This document shows, piece after piece, positions 33,822 to 48,217 of a DNA stretch of 64,000 nucleotides. Position 1 is the first letter of the stretch. Each line of letters opens with the position of its first letter. The notes under the pieces are model-generated. The model was not told where the DNA came from and did not search any database. It saw only the letters and a program-made list of their open reading frames with translations. The DNA is from Auanema rhodensis (Eukaryota > Animalia > Nematoda). The DNA is taken from positions 13,950,001-14,014,000 of the forward strand of contig OZ059896.1 in the NCBI GenBank assembly GCA_964057225.1, given 5' to 3'. Made by a program: the position numbers and the translations under genes.

Positions 33822-36179
33822 ATAGTCAAGGCGGAGTCTTTTGATCTAAATCGTCGGTTCCGTGGTGTAGCGGTTAGCACTCAGGACTTTGAATCCTGCG
33901 ACCCGAGTTCAAATCTCGGCGGAACCTACTTTTTCATTTTGATCAACTGGTCAATTTGTTTCTTCTTGAACTATTTTCTTGAAGAACATAGTCAAGGCGG
34001 AGTCTTTTGATCTAAATCGTCGGTTCCGCGGTGTAGCGGTTAGCACTCAGGACTTTGAATCCTGCGACCCGAGTTCAAATCTCGGCGGAACCTACTTTTT
34101 CATTTTGATCAACTGGTCAATTTGTTTCTTCTTGAACTATTTTCTTGAAGAACATAGTCAAGGCGGAGTCTTTTGATCTAAATCGTCGGTTCCGTGGTGT
34201 AGCGGTTAGCACTCAGGACTTTGAATCCTGCGACCCGAGTTCAAATCTCGGCGGAACCTACTTTTTCATTTTTATCAGTTGGTCAATTTGTTTCTTCTTG
34301 AACTATTTTCTTGAAGAACATTGTCAAGGCGGAGTCTTTTGATCTAAATCGTCGGTTCCGTGGTGTAGCGGTTAGCACTCAGGACTCTGAATCCTGCGAC
34401 CCGAGTTCAAATCTCGGCGGAACCTACTTTTTCATTTTGATCAACTGGTCAATTTGTTTCTTCTTGAACTATTTTCTTGAAGAACATAGTCAAGGCGGAG
34501 TCTTTTGATCTAAATCGTCGGTTCCGTGGTGTAGCGGTTAGCACTCAGGACTTTGAATCCTGCGACCCGAGTTCAAATCTCGGCGGAACCTACTTTTTCA
34601 TTTTGATCAACTGGTCAATTTGTTTCTTCTTGAACTATTTTCTTGAAGAACATAGTCAAGGCGGAGTCTTTTGATCTAAATCATCGGTTCCGTGGTGTAG
34701 CGGTTAGCACTCAGGACTCTGAATCCTGCGACCCGAGTTCAAATCTCGGCGGAACCTACTTTTTCATTTTGATCAACTGGTCAATTTGTTTCTTCTTGAA
34801 CTATTTTCTTGAAGAACATAGTCAAGGCGGAGTCTTTTGATCTAAATCGTCGGTTCCGTGGTGTAGCGGTTAGCACTCAGGACTCTGAATCCTGCGACCC
34901 GAGTTCAAATCTCGGCGGAACCTACTTTTTCATTTTGATCAACTGGTCAATTTGTTTCTTCTTGAACTATTTTCTTGAAGAACATAGTCAAGGCGGAGTC
35001 TTTTGATCTAAATCATCGGTTCCGTGGTGTAGCGGTTAGCACTCAGGACTCTGAATCCTGCGACCCGAGTTCAAATCTCGGCGGAACCTACTTTTTCATT
35101 TTGATCAACTGGTCAATTTGTTTCTTCTTGAACTATTTTCTTGAAGAACATAGTCAAGGCGGAGTCTTTTGATCTAAATCGTCGGTTCCGTGGTGTAGCG
35201 GTTAGCACTCAGGACTTTGAATCCTGCGACCCGAGTTCAAATCTCGGCGGAACCTACTTTTTCATTTTGATCAACTGGTCAATTTGTTTCTTCTTGAACT
35301 ATTTTCTTGAAGAACATAGTCAAGGCGGAGTCTTTTGATCTAAATCATCGGTTCCGTGGTGTAGCGGTTAGCACTCAGGACTTTGAATCCTGCGACCCGA
35401 GTTCAAATCTCGGCGGAACCTACTTTTTCATTTTGATCAACTAGTCAATTTGTTTCTTCTTAAACTATCTACTTGGAGAACATAGTCAAGGCGGAGTCTT
35501 TTGATCTAAATCGTCGGTTCCGTGGTGTAGAGGTTAGCACTCAGGACTTTGAATCCTGCGACCCGAGTTCAAATCTCGGCGGAACCTACTTTTTCATTTT
35601 GATCAACTGGTCAATTTGTTTCTTCTTGAACTATTTTCTTGAAGAACATAGTCAAGGCGGAGTCTTTTGATCTAAATCGTCGGTTCCGCGGTGTAGCGGT
35701 TAGCACTCAGGACTTTGAATCCTGCGACCCGAGTTCAAATCTCGGCGGAACCTACTTTTTCATTTTGATCAACTGGTCAATTTGTTTCTTCTTGAACTAT
35801 TTTCTTGAAGAACATAGTCAAGGCGGAGTCTTTTGATCTAAATCGTCGGTTCCGTGGTGTAGCGGTTAGCACTCAGGACTTTGAATCCTGCGACCCGAGT
35901 TCAAATCTCGGCGGAACCTACTTTTTCATTTTGATCAACTGGTCAATTTGTTTCTTCTTGAACTATTTTCTTGAAGAACATAGTCAAGGCGGAGTCTTTT
36001 GATCTAAATCGTCGGTTCCGTGGTGTAGCGGTTAGCACTCAGGACTTTGAATCCTGCGACCCGAGTTCAAATCTCGGCGGAACCTACTTTTTCATTTTGA
36101 TCAACTGGTCAATTTGTTTCTTCTTGAACTATTTTCTTGAAGAACATAGTCAAGGCGGAGTCTTTTGATCTAAATCGTC

Positions 36180-36251
36180 GGTTCCGTGGTGTAGCGGTTA
36201 GCACTCAGGACTCTAAATCCTGCGACCCGAATTCAAATCTCGGCGGAACCT
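36180..36251 (+). tRNA. tRNA-Gln-derived gene with CTA (amber) anticodon and G53A; possibly silent
   Basis: CAGGA-CT-CTA-AA-TCCTG (anticodon 36213..36215); T arm reads CCGAATTCAAAT instead of CCGAGTTCAAAT. Confidence 0.85.
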
Positions 36252-37839
36252 ACTTTTTCATTTTGATCAGTTGGTGAATTTGTTTCTTCTTGAACTATTT
36301 TCTTGAAGAACATAGTCAAGGCGGAGTCTTTTGATCTAAATCGTCGGTTCCGTGGTGTAGCGGTTAGCACTCAGGACTTTGAATCCTGCGACCCGAGTTC
36401 AAATCTCGGCGGAACCTACTTTTTCATTTTGATCAACTAGTCAATTTGTTTCTTCTTAAACTATCTACTTGAAGAACATAGTCAAGGCGGAGTCTTTTGA
36501 TCTAAATCGTCGGTTCCGTGGTGTAGCGGTTAGCACTCAGGACTCTGAATCCTGCGACCCGAGTTCAAATCTCGGCGGAACCTACTTTTTCATTTTTATC
36601 AGTTGGTCAATTTGTTTCTTCTTGAACTATTTTCTTGAAGAACATAGTCAAGGCGGAGTCTTTTGATCTAAATCGTCGGTTCCGTGGTGTAGCGGTTAGC
36701 ACTCAGGACTTTGAATCCTGCGACCCGAGTTCAAATCTCGGCGGAACCTACTTTTTCATTTTGATCAACTAGTCAATTTGTTTCTTCTTAAACTATCTAC
36801 TTGAAGAACATAGTCAAGGCGGAGTCTTTTGATCTAAATCGTCGGTTCCGTGGTGTAGCGGTTAGCACTCAGGACTTTGAATCCTGCGACCCGAGTTCAA
36901 ATCTCGGCGGAACCTACTTTTTCATTTTGATCAACTGGTCAATTTGTTTCTTCTTGAACTATTTTCTTGAAGAACATAGTCAAGGCGGAGTCTTTTGATC
37001 TAAATCGTCGGTTCCGTGGTGTAGCGGTTAGCACTCAGGACTTTGAATCCTGCGACCCGAGTTCAAATCTCGGCGGAACCTACTTTTTCATTTTGATCAA
37101 CTGGTCAATTTGTTTCTTCTTGAACTATTTTCTTGAAGAACATAGTCAAGGCGGAGTCTTTTGATCTAAATCGTCGGTTCCGTGGTGTAGCGGTTAGCAC
37201 TCAGGACTTTGAATCCTGCGACCCGAGTTCAAATCTCGGCGGAACCTACTTTTTCATTTTGATCAACTGGTCAATTTGTTTCTTCTTGAACTATTTTCTT
37301 GAAGAACATAGTCAAGGCGGAGTCTTTTGATCTAAATCGTCGGTTCCGCGGTGTAGCGGTTAGCACTCAGGACTTTGAATCCTGCGACCCGAGTTCAAAT
37401 CTCGGCGGAACCTACTTTTTCATTTTGATCAACTGGTCAATTTGTTTCTTCTTGAACTATTTTCTTGAAGAACATAGTCAAGGCGGAGTCTTTTGATCTA
37501 AATCGTCGGTTCCGTGGTGTAGCGGTTAGCACTCAGGACTTTGAATTCTGCGACCCGAGTTCAAATCTCGGCGGAACCTACTTTTTCATTTTGATCAACT
37601 GGTCAATTTGTTTCTTCTTGAACTATTTTCTTGAAGAACATAGTCAAGGCGGAGTCTTTTGATCTAAATCGTCGGTTCCGTGGTGTAGCGGTTAGCACTC
37701 AGGACTTTGAATCCTGCGACCCGAGTTCAAATCTCGGCGGAACCTACTTTTTCATTTTGATCAACTGGTCAATTTGTTTCTTCTTGAACTATTTTCTTGA
37801 AGAACATAGTCAAGGCGGAGTCTTTTGATCTAAATCGTC

Positions 37840-37911
37840 GGTTCCGTGGTGTAGCGGTTAGCACTCAGGACTCTAAATCCTGCGACCCGAATTCAAATCT
37901 CGGCGGAACCT
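37840..37911 (+). tRNA. CTA-anticodon / G53A copy 2
   Basis: Same two substitutions as the copy at 36180. Confidence 0.85.
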
Positions 37912-39001
37912 ACTTTTTCATTTTGATCAGTTGGTGAATTTGTTTCTTCTTGAACTATTTTCTTGAAGAACATAGTCAAGGCGGAGTCTTTTGATCTAAA
38001 TCGTCGGTTCCGTGGTGTAGCGGTTAGCACTCAGGACTTTGAATCCTGCGACCCGAGTTCAAATCTCGGCGGAACCTACTTTTTCATTTTGATCAACTAG
38101 TCAATTTGTTTCTTCTTAAACTATCTACTTGAAGAACATAGTCAAGGCGGAGTCTTTTGATCTAAATCGTCGGTTCCGTGGTGTAGCGGTTAGCACTCAG
38201 GACTCTGAATCCTGCGACCCGAGTTCAAATCTCGGCGGAACCTACTTTTTCATTTTTATCAGTTGGTGAATTTGTTTCTTCTTGAACTATTTTCTTGAAG
38301 AACATAGTCAAGGCGGAGTCTTTTGATCTAAATCGTCGGTTCCGTGGTGTAGCGGTTAGCACTCAGGACTTTGAATCCTGCGACCCGAGTTCAAATCTCG
38401 GCGGAACCTACTTTTTCATTTTGATCAACTAGTCAATTTGTTTCTTCTTAAACTATCTACTTGAAGAACATAGTCAAGGCGGAGTCTTTTGATCTAAATC
38501 GTCGGTTCCGTGGTGTAGCGGTTAGCACTCAGGACTCTGAATCCTGCGACCCGAGTTCAAATCTCGGCGGAACCTACTTTTTCATTTTTATCAGTTGGTG
38601 AATTTGTTTCTTCTTGAACTATTTTCTTGAAGAACATAGTCAAGGCGGAGTCTTTTGATCTAAATCGTCGGTTCCGTGGTGTAGCGGTTAGCACTCAGGA
38701 CTTTGAATCCTGCGACCCGAGTTCAAATCTCGGCGGAACCTACTTTTTCATTTTGATCAGTTGGTGAATTTGTTTCTTCTTGAACTATTTTCTTGAAGAA
38801 CATAGTCAAGGCGGAGTCTTTTGATATAAATCGTCGGTTCCGTGGTGTAGCGGTTAGCACTCAGGACTTTGAATCCTGCGACCCGAGTTCAAATCTCGGC
38901 GGAACCTACTTTTTCATTTTGATCAACTGGTCAATTTGTTTCTTCTTGAACTATTTTCTTGAAGAACATAGTCAAGGCGGAGTCTTTTGATCTAAATCGT
39001 C

Positions 39002-39073
39002 GGTTCCGTGGTGTAGCGGTTAGCACTCAGGACTCTAAATCCTGCGACCCGAATTCAAATCTCGGCGGAACCT
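39002..39073 (+). tRNA. CTA-anticodon / G53A copy 3
   Basis: Same two substitutions as the copy at 36180. Confidence 0.85.
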
Positions 39074-40449
39074 ACTTTTTCATTTTGATCAGTTGGTGAA
39101 TTTGTTTCTTCTTGAACTATTTTCTTGAAGAACATAGTCAAGGCGGAGTCTTTTGATCTAAATCGTCGGTTCCGTGGTGTAGCGGTTAGCACTCAGGACT
39201 TTGAATCCTGCGACCCGAGTTCAAATCTCGGCGGAACCTACTTTTTCATTTTGATCAACTAGTCAATTTGTTTCTTCTTAAACTATCTACTTGAAGAACA
39301 TAGTCAAGGCGGAGTCTTTTGATCTAAATCGTCGGTTCCGTGGTGTAGCGGTTAGCACTCAGGACTCTGAATCCTGCGACCCGAGTTCAAATCTCGGCGG
39401 AACCTACTTTTTCATTTTTATCAGTTGGTCAATTTGTTTCTTCTTGAACTATTTTCTTGAAGAACATAGTCAAGGCGGAGTCTTTTGATCTAAATCGTCG
39501 GTTCCGTGGTGTAGCGGTTAGCACTCAGGACTTTGAATCCTGCGACCCGAGTTCAAATCTCGGCGGAACCTACTTTTTCATTTTGATCAACTAGTCAATT
39601 TGTTTCTTCTTAAACTATCTACTTGAAGAACATAGTCAAGGCGGAGTCTTTTGATCTAAATCGTCGGTTCCGTGGTGTAGCGGTTAGCACTCAGGACTCT
39701 GAATCCTGCGACCCGAGTTCAAATCTCGGCGGAACCTACTTTTTCATTTTTATCAGTTGGTGAATTTGTTTCTTCTTGAACTATTTTCTTGAAGAACATA
39801 GTCAAGGCGGAGTCTTTTGATCTAAATCGTCGGTTCCGTGGTGTAGCGGTTAGCACTCAGGACTTTGAATCCTGCGACCCGAGTTCAAATCTCGGCGGAA
39901 CCTACTTTTTCATTTTGATCAACTAGTCAATTTGTTTCTTCTTAAACTATCTACTTGAAGAACATAGTCAAGGCGGAGTCTTTTGATATAAATCGTCGGT
40001 TCCGTGGTGTAGCGGTTAGCACTCAGGACTCTGAATCCTGCGACCCGAGTTCAAATCTCGGCGGAACCTACTTTTTCATTTTTATCAGTTGGTCAATTTG
40101 TTTCTTCTTGAACTATTTTCTTGAAGAACATAGTCAAGGTCGGTTCCGTGGTGTATCGTCGGTTCCGTGGTGTAGCGGTTAGCACTCAGGACTTTGAATC
40201 CTGCGACCCGAGTTCAAATCTCGGCGGAACCTACTTTTTCATTTTGATCAACTGGTCAATTTGTTTCTTCTTGAACTATTTTCTTGAAGAACATAGTCAA
40301 GGCGGAGTCTTTTGATCTAAATCGTCGGTTCCGTGGTGTAGCGGTTAGCACTCAGGACTTTGAATCCTGCGACCCGAGTTCAAATCTCGGCGGAACCTAC
40401 TTTTTCATTTTGATCAACTAGTCAATTTGTTTCTTCTTAAACTATCTAC

Positions 40450-43400
40450 TTGAAGAACATAGTCAAGGCGGAGTCTTTTGATCTAAATCGTCGGTTCCGT
40501 GGTGTAGCGGTTAGCACTCAGGACTCTGAATCCTGCGACCCGAGTTCAAATCTCGGCGGAACCTACTTTTTCATTTTTATCAGTTGGTCAATTTGTTTCT
40601 TCTTGAACTATTTTCTTGAAGAACATAGTCAAGGTCGGTTCCGTGGTGTATCGTCGGTTCCGTGGTGTAGCGGTTAGCACTCAGGACTTTGAATCCTGCG
40701 ACCCGAGTTCAAATCTCGGCGGAACCTACTTTTTCATTTTTATCAGTTGGTCAATTTGTTTCTTCTTGAACTATTTTCTTGAAGAACATAGTCAAGGTCG
40801 GTTCCGTGGTGTATCGTCGGTTCCGTGGTGTAGCGGTTAGCACTCAGGACTTTGAATCCTGCGACCCGAGTTCAAATCTCGGCGGAACCTACTTTTTCAT
40901 TTTGATCAACTGGTCAATTTGTTTCTTCTTGAACTATTTTCTTGAAGAACATAGTCAAGGCGGAGTCTTTTGATCTAAATCGTCGGTTCCGTGGTGTAGC
41001 GGTTAGCACTCAGGACTTTGAATCCTGCGACCCGAGTTCAAATCTCGGCGGAACCTACTTTTTCATTTTGATCAACTAGTCAATTTGTTTCTTCTTAAAC
41101 TATCTACTTGAAGAACATAGTCAAGGCGGAGTCTTTTGATCTAAATCGTCGGTTCCGTGGTGTAGCGGTTAGCACTCAGGACTCTGAATCCTGCGACCTG
41201 AGTTCAAATCTCGGCGGAACCTACTTTTTCATTTTGATCAACTAGTCAATTTGTTTCTTCTTGAACTATTTTCTTGAAGAACATAGTCAAGGCGGAGTCT
41301 TTTGATCTAAATCGTCGGTTCCGTGGTGTAGCGGTTAGCACTCAGGACTCTGAATCCTGCGACCCGAGTTCAAATCTCGGCGGAACCTACTTTTTCATTT
41401 TTATCAGTTGGTCAATTTGTTTCTTCTTGAACTATTTTCTTGAAGAACATAGTCAAGGTCGGTTCCGTGGTGTATCGTCGGTTCCGTGGTGTAGCGGTTA
41501 GCACTCAGGACTCTGAATCCTGCGACCTGAGTTCAAATCTCGGCGGAACCTACTTTTTCATTTTGATCAACTAGTCAATTTGTTTCTTCTTAAACTATCT
41601 ACTTGAAGAACATAGTCAAGGCGGAGTCTTTTGATCTAAATCGTCGGTTCCGTGGTGTAGCGGTTAGCACTCAGGACTCTGAATCCTGCGACCCGAGTTC
41701 AAATCTCGGCGGAACCTACTTTTTCATTTTTATCAGTTGGTCAATTTGTTTCTTCTTGAACTATTTTCTTGAAGAACATAGTCAAGGCGGAGTCTTTTGA
41801 TCTAAATCGTCGGTTCCGTGGTGTAGCGGTTAGCACTCAGGACTTTGAATCCTGCGACCCGAGTTCAAATCTCGGCGGAACCTACTTTTTCATTTTGATC
41901 AACTAGTCAATTTGTTTCTTCTTAAACTATCTACTTGAAGAACATAGTCAAGGCGGAGTCTTTTGATCTAAATCGTCGGTTCCGTGGTGTAGCGGTTAGC
42001 ACTCAGGACTCTGAATCCTGCGACCCGAGTTCAAATCTCGGCGGAACCTACTTTTTCATTTTGATCAACTGGTCAATTTGTTTCTTCTTGAACTATTTTC
42101 TTGAAGAACATAGTCAAGGCGGAGTCTTTTGATCTAAATCGTCGGTTCCGTGGTGTAGCGGTTAGCACTCAGGACTTTGAATCCTGCGACCCGAGTTCAA
42201 ATCTCGGCGGAACCTACTTTTTCATTTTGATCAACTAGTCAATTTGTTTCTTCTTAAACTATCTACTTGAAGAACATAGTCAAGGCGGAGTCTTTTGATA
42301 TAAATCGTCGGTTCCGTGGTGTAGCGGTTAGCACTCAGGACTCTGAATCCTGCGACCCGAGTTCAAATCTCGGCGGAACCTACTTTTTCATTTTTATCAG
42401 TTGGTCAATTTGTTTCTTCTTGAACTTTCTTCTTGAAGAACATAAACAAGCGTTCCGTTATGCTCGCATGTCGATCCTATAGACCAATAAAGCCTACAAG
42501 ATGAGTGTGATAGTATTCCAGATGTAGCGGTGCATAAAGAGCATAATGGATAAACATAAGACTCGAGAAAGAAAAGTTTATTATGTCTACATGATTACAC
42601 AAATCTCGGCGGAACCTACTTTTTCATTTTTATCAGTTGGTCAATTTGTTTCTTCTTGAACTATTTTCTTGAAGAACATAGTCAAGGTCGGTTCCGTGGT
42701 GTATCGTCGGTTCCGTGGTGTAGCGGTTAGCACTCAGGACTTTGAATCCTGCGACCCGAGTTCAAATCTCGGCGGAACCTACTTTTTCATTTTGATCAAC
42801 TGGTCAATTTGTTTCTTCTTGAACTATTTTCTTGAAGAACATAGTCAAGGCGGAGTCTTTTGATCTAAATCGTCGGTTCCGTGGTGTAGCGGTTAGCACT
42901 CAGGACTTTGAATCCTGCGACCCGAGTTCAAATCTCGGCGGAACCTACTTTTTCATTTTGATCAGTTGGTGAATTTGTTTCTTCTTAAACTATCTACTTG
43001 AAGAACATAGTCAAGGCGGAGTCTTTTGATCTAAATCGTCGGTTCCGTGGTGTAGCGGTTAGCACTCAGGACTCTGAATCCTGCGACCCGAGTTCAAATC
43101 TCGGCGGAACCTACTTTTTCATTTTTATCAGTTGGTCAATTTGTTTCTTCTTGAACTATTTTCTTGAAGAACATTGTCAAGGCGGAGTCTTTTGATCTAA
43201 ATCGTCGGTTCCGTGGTGTAGCGGTTAGCACTCAGGACTTTGAATCCTGCGACCCGAGTTCAAATCTCGGCGGAACCTACTTTTTCATTTTGATCAACTA
43301 GTCAATTTGTTTCTTCTTAAACTATCTACTTGAAGAACATAGTCAAGGCGGAGTCTTTTGATCTAAATCGTCGGTTCCGTGGTGTAGCGGTTAGCACTCA

Positions 43401-46030
43401 GGACTTTGAATCCTGCGACCCGAGTTCAAATCTCGGCGGAACCTACTTTTTCATTTTGATCAGTTGGTGAATTTGTTTCTTCTTGAACTATTTTCTTGAA
43501 GAACATAGTCAAGGCGGAGTCTTTTGATCTAAATCGTCGGTTCCGTGGTGTAGCGGTTAGCACTCAGGACTTTGAATCCTGCGACCCGAGTTCAAATCTC
43601 GGCGGAACCTACTTTTTCATTTTGATCAACTAGTCAATTTGTTTCTTCTTAAACTATCTACTTGAAGAACATAGTCAAGGCGGAGTCTTTTGATCTAAAT
43701 CGTCGGTTCCGTGGTGTAGCGGTTAGCACTCAGGACTCTGAATCCTGCGACCCGAGTTCAAATCTCGGCGGAACCTACTTTTTCATTTTTATCAGTTGGT
43801 CAATTTGTTTCTTCTTGAACTATTTTCTTGAAGAACATAGTCAAGGTCGGTTCCGTGGTGTATCGTCGGTTCCGTGGTGTAGCGGTTAGCACTCAGGACT
43901 TTGAATCCTGCGACCCGAGTTCAAATCTCGGCGGAACCTACTTTTTCATTTTTATCAGTTGGTCAATTTGTTTCTTCTTGAACTATTTTCTTGAAGAACA
44001 TAGTCAAGGTCGGTTCCGTGGTGTATCGTCGGTTCCGTGGTGTAGCGGTTAGCACTCAGGACTTTGAATCCTGCGACCCGAGTTCAAATCTCGGCGGAAC
44101 CTACTTTTTCATTTTGATCAACTGGTCAATTTGTTTCTTCTTGAACTATTTTCTTGAAGAACATAGTCAAGGCGGAGTCTTTTGATCTAAATCGTCGGTT
44201 CCGTGGTGTAGCGGTTAGCACTCAGGACTTTGAATCCTGCGACCCGAGTTCAAATCTCGGCGGAACCTACTTTTTCATTTTGATCAACTAGTCAATTTGT
44301 TTCTTCTTAAACTATCTACTTGAAGAACATAGTCAAGGCGGAGTCTTTTGATCTAAATCGTCGGTTCCGTGGTGTAGCGGTTAGCACTCAGGACTCTGAA
44401 TCCTGCGACCTGAGTTCAAATCTCGGCGGAACCTACTTTTTCATTTTGATCAACTAGTCAATTTGTTTCTTCTTGAACTATTTTCTTGAAGAACATAGTC
44501 AAGGCGGAGTCTTTTGATCTAAATCGTCGGTTCCGTGGTGTAGCGGTTAGCACTCAGGACTCTGAATCCTGCGACCCGAGTTCAAATCTCGGCGGAACCT
44601 ACTTTTTCATTTTTATCAGTTGGTCAATTTGTTTCTTCTTGAACTATTTTCTTGAAGAACATAGTCAAGGTCGGTTCCGTGGTGTATCGTCGGTTCCGTG
44701 GTGTAGCGGTTAGCACTCAGGACTCTGAATCCTGCGACCTGAGTTCAAATCTCGGCGGAACCTACTTTTTCATTTTGATCAACTAGTCAATTTGTTTCTT
44801 CTTAAACTATCTACTTGAAGAACATAGTCAAGGCGGAGTCTTTTGATCTAAATCGTCGGTTCCGTGGTGTAGCGGTTAGCACTCAGGACTCTGAATCCTG
44901 CGACCCGAGTTCAAATCTCGGCGGAACCTACTTTTTCATTTTTATCAGTTGGTCAATTTGTTTCTTCTTGAACTATTTTCTTGAAGAACATAGTCAAGGC
45001 GGAGTCTTTTGATCTAAATCGTCGGTTCCGTGGTGTAGCGGTTAGCACTCAGGACTTTGAATCCTGCGACCCGAGTTCAAATCTCGGCGGAACCTACTTT
45101 TTCATTTTGATCAACTAGTCAATTTGTTTCTTCTTAAACTATCTACTTGAAGAACATAGTCAAGGCGGAGTCTTTTGATCTAAATCGTCGGTTCCGTGGT
45201 GTAGCGGTTAGCACTCAGGACTCTGAATCCTGCGACCCGAGTTCAAATCTCGGCGGAACCTACTTTTTCATTTTGATCAACTGGTCAATTTGTTTCTTCT
45301 TGAACTATTTTCTTGAAGAACATAGTCAAGGCGGAGTCTTTTGATCTAAATCGTCGGTTCCGTGGTGTAGCGGTTAGCACTCAGGACTTTGAATCCTGCG
45401 ACCCGAGTTCAAATCTCGGCGGAACCTACTTTTTCATTTTGATCAACTAGTCAATTTGTTTCTTCTTAAACTATCTACTTGAAGAACATAGTCAAGGCGG
45501 AGTCTTTTGATATAAATCGTCGGTTCCGTGGTGTAGCGGTTAGCACTCAGGACTCTGAATCCTGCGACCCGAGTTCAAATCTCGGCGGAACCTACTTTTT
45601 CATTTTTATCAGTTGGTCAATTTGTTTCTTCTTGAACTTTCTTCTTGAAGAACATAAACAAGCGTTCCGTTATGCTCGCATGTCGATCCTATAGACCAAT
45701 AAAGCCTACAAGATGAGTGTGATAGTATTCCAGATGTAGCGGTGCATAAAGAGCATAATGGATAAACATAAGACTCGAGAAAGAAAAGTTTATTATGTCT
45801 ACATGATTACACAAATCTCGGCGGAACCTACTTTTTCATTTTTATCAGTTGGTCAATTTGTTTCTTCTTGAACTATTTTCTTGAAGAACATAGTCAAGGT
45901 CGGTTCCGTGGTGTATCGTCGGTTCCGTGGTGTAGCGGTTAGCACTCAGGACTTTGAATCCTGCGACCCGAGTTCAAATCTCGGCGGAACCTACTTTTTC
46001 ATTTTGATCAGTTGGTGAATTTGTTTCTTC
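40450..46030 (+). repeat. Higher-order duplication with 3212-bp period inside the array
   Basis: The same order of variant units recurs at +3212 (40450/43662, 41274/44486, 42451/45663). Boundaries are approximate. Confidence 0.8.
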
Positions 46031-48145
46031 TTAAACTATCTACTTGAAGAACATAGTCAAGGCGGAGTCTTTTGATCTAAATCGTCGGTTCCGTGGTGTA
46101 GCGGTTAGCACTTAGGACTCTGAATCCTGCGACCCGAGTTCAAATCTCGGCGGAACCTACTTTTTCATTTTTATCAGTTGGTCAATTTGTTTCTTCTTGA
46201 ACTATTTTCTTGAAGAACATAGTCAAGGCGGAGTCTTTTGATCTAAATCGTCGGTTCCGTGGTGTAGCGGTTAGCACTCAGGACTTTGAATCCTGCGACC
46301 CGAGTTCAAATCTCGGCGGAACCTACTTTTTCATTTTGATCAACTAGTCAATTTGTTTCTTCTTAAACTATCTACTTGAAGAACATAGTCAAGGCGGAGT
46401 CTTTTGATCTAAATCGTCGGTTCCGTGGTGTAGCGGTTAGCACTCAGGACTTTGAATCCTGCGACCCGAGTTCAAATCTCGGCGGAACCTACTTTTTCAT
46501 TTTGATCAGTTGGTGAATTTGTTTCTTCTTGAACTATTTTCTTGAAGAACATAGTCAAGGCGGAGTCTTTTGATCTAAATCGTCGGTTCCGTGGTGTAGC
46601 GGTTAGCACTCAGGACTTTGAATCCTGCGACCCGAGTTCAAATCTCGGCGGAACCTACTTTTTCATTTTGATCAACTAGTCAATTTGTTTCTTCTTGAAC
46701 TATTTTCTTGAAGAACATAGTCAAGGCGGAGTCTTTTGATCTAAATCGTCGGTTCCGTGGTGTAGCGGTTAGCACTCAGGACTCTGAATCCTGCGACCCG
46801 AGATCAAATCTCGGCGGAACCTACTTTTTCATTTTTATCAGTTGGTGAATTTGTTTCTTCTTGAACTATTTTCTTGAAGAACATAGTCAAGGCGGAGTCT
46901 TTTGATCTAAATCGTCGGTTCCGTGGTGTAGCGGTTAGCACTCAGGACTTTGAATCCTGCGACCCGAGTTCAAATCTCGGCGGAACCTACTTTTTCATTT
47001 TGATCAACTGGTCAATTTGTTTCTTCTTGAACTATATTCTTGAAGAACATAGTCAAGGCGGAGTCTTTTGATCTAAATCGTCGGTTCCGTGGTGTAGCGG
47101 TTAGCACTCAGGACTTTGAATCCTGCGACCCGAGTTCAAATCTCGGCGGAACCTACTTTTTCATTTTGATCAACTAGTCAATTTGTTTCTTCTTAAACTA
47201 TCTACTTGAAGAACATAGTCAAGGCGGAGTCTTTTGATATAAATCGTCGGTTCCGTGGTGTAGCGGTTAGCACTCAGGACTTTGAATCCTGCGACCCGAG
47301 TTCAAATCTCGGCGGAACCTACTTTTTCATTTTTATCAGTTGGTCAATTTGTTTCTTCTTGAACTTTCTTCTTGAAGAACATAAACAAGCGTTCCGTTAT
47401 GCTCGCACGTCGATCCTATAGACCAATAAAGCCTACAAGATGAGTGTGATAGTATTCCAGATGTAGCGGTGCATAAAGAGCATAATGGATAAACATAAGA
47501 CTCGAGAAAGAAAAGTTTATTATGTCTACATGATTACACAAATCTCGGCGGAACCTACTTTTTCATTTTTATCAGTTGGTCAATTTGTTTCTTCTTGAAC
47601 TATTTTCTTGAAGAACATAGTCAAGGTCGGTTCCGTGGTGTATCGTCGGTTCCGTGGTGTAGCGGTTAGCACTCAGGACTTTGAATCCTGCGACCCGAGT
47701 TCAAATCTCGGCGGAACCTACTTTTTCATTTTGATCAACTGGTCAATTTGTTTCTTCTTGAACTATTTTCTTGAAGAACATAGTCAAGGCGGAGTCTTTT
47801 GATCTAAATCGTCGGTTCCGTGGTGTAGCGGTTAGCACTCAGGACTTTGAATCCTGCGACCCGAGTTCAAATCTCGGCGGAACCTACTTTTTCATTTTGA
47901 TCAACTGGTCAATTTGTTTCTTCTTGAACTATTTTCTTGAAGAACATAGTCAAGGCGGAGTCTTTTGATCTAAATCGTCGGTTCCGTGGTGTAGCGGTTA
48001 GCACTCAGGACTTTGAATCCTGCGACCCGAGTTCAAATCTCGGCGGAACCTACTTTTTCATTTTGATCAACTAGTCAATTTGTTTCTTCTTGAACTATTT
48101 TCTTGAAGAACATAGTCAAGGCGGAGTCTTTTGATCTAAATCGTC

Positions 48146-48217
48146 GGTTCCGTGGTGTAGCGGTTAGCACTCAGGACTCTAAATCCTGCGACCCGAATTC
48201 AAATCTCGGCGGAACCT
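48146..48217 (+). tRNA. CTA-anticodon / G53A copy 4
   Basis: Same two substitutions as the copy at 36180. Confidence 0.85.

Noticed and set aside
36180-36251. Genetic-code reassignment (UAG=Gln) or suppressor-dependent readthrough of the retroelement
   Set aside because: The >2100-codon ORF has no in-frame stop, and no UAG junction is visible in either element within the window.
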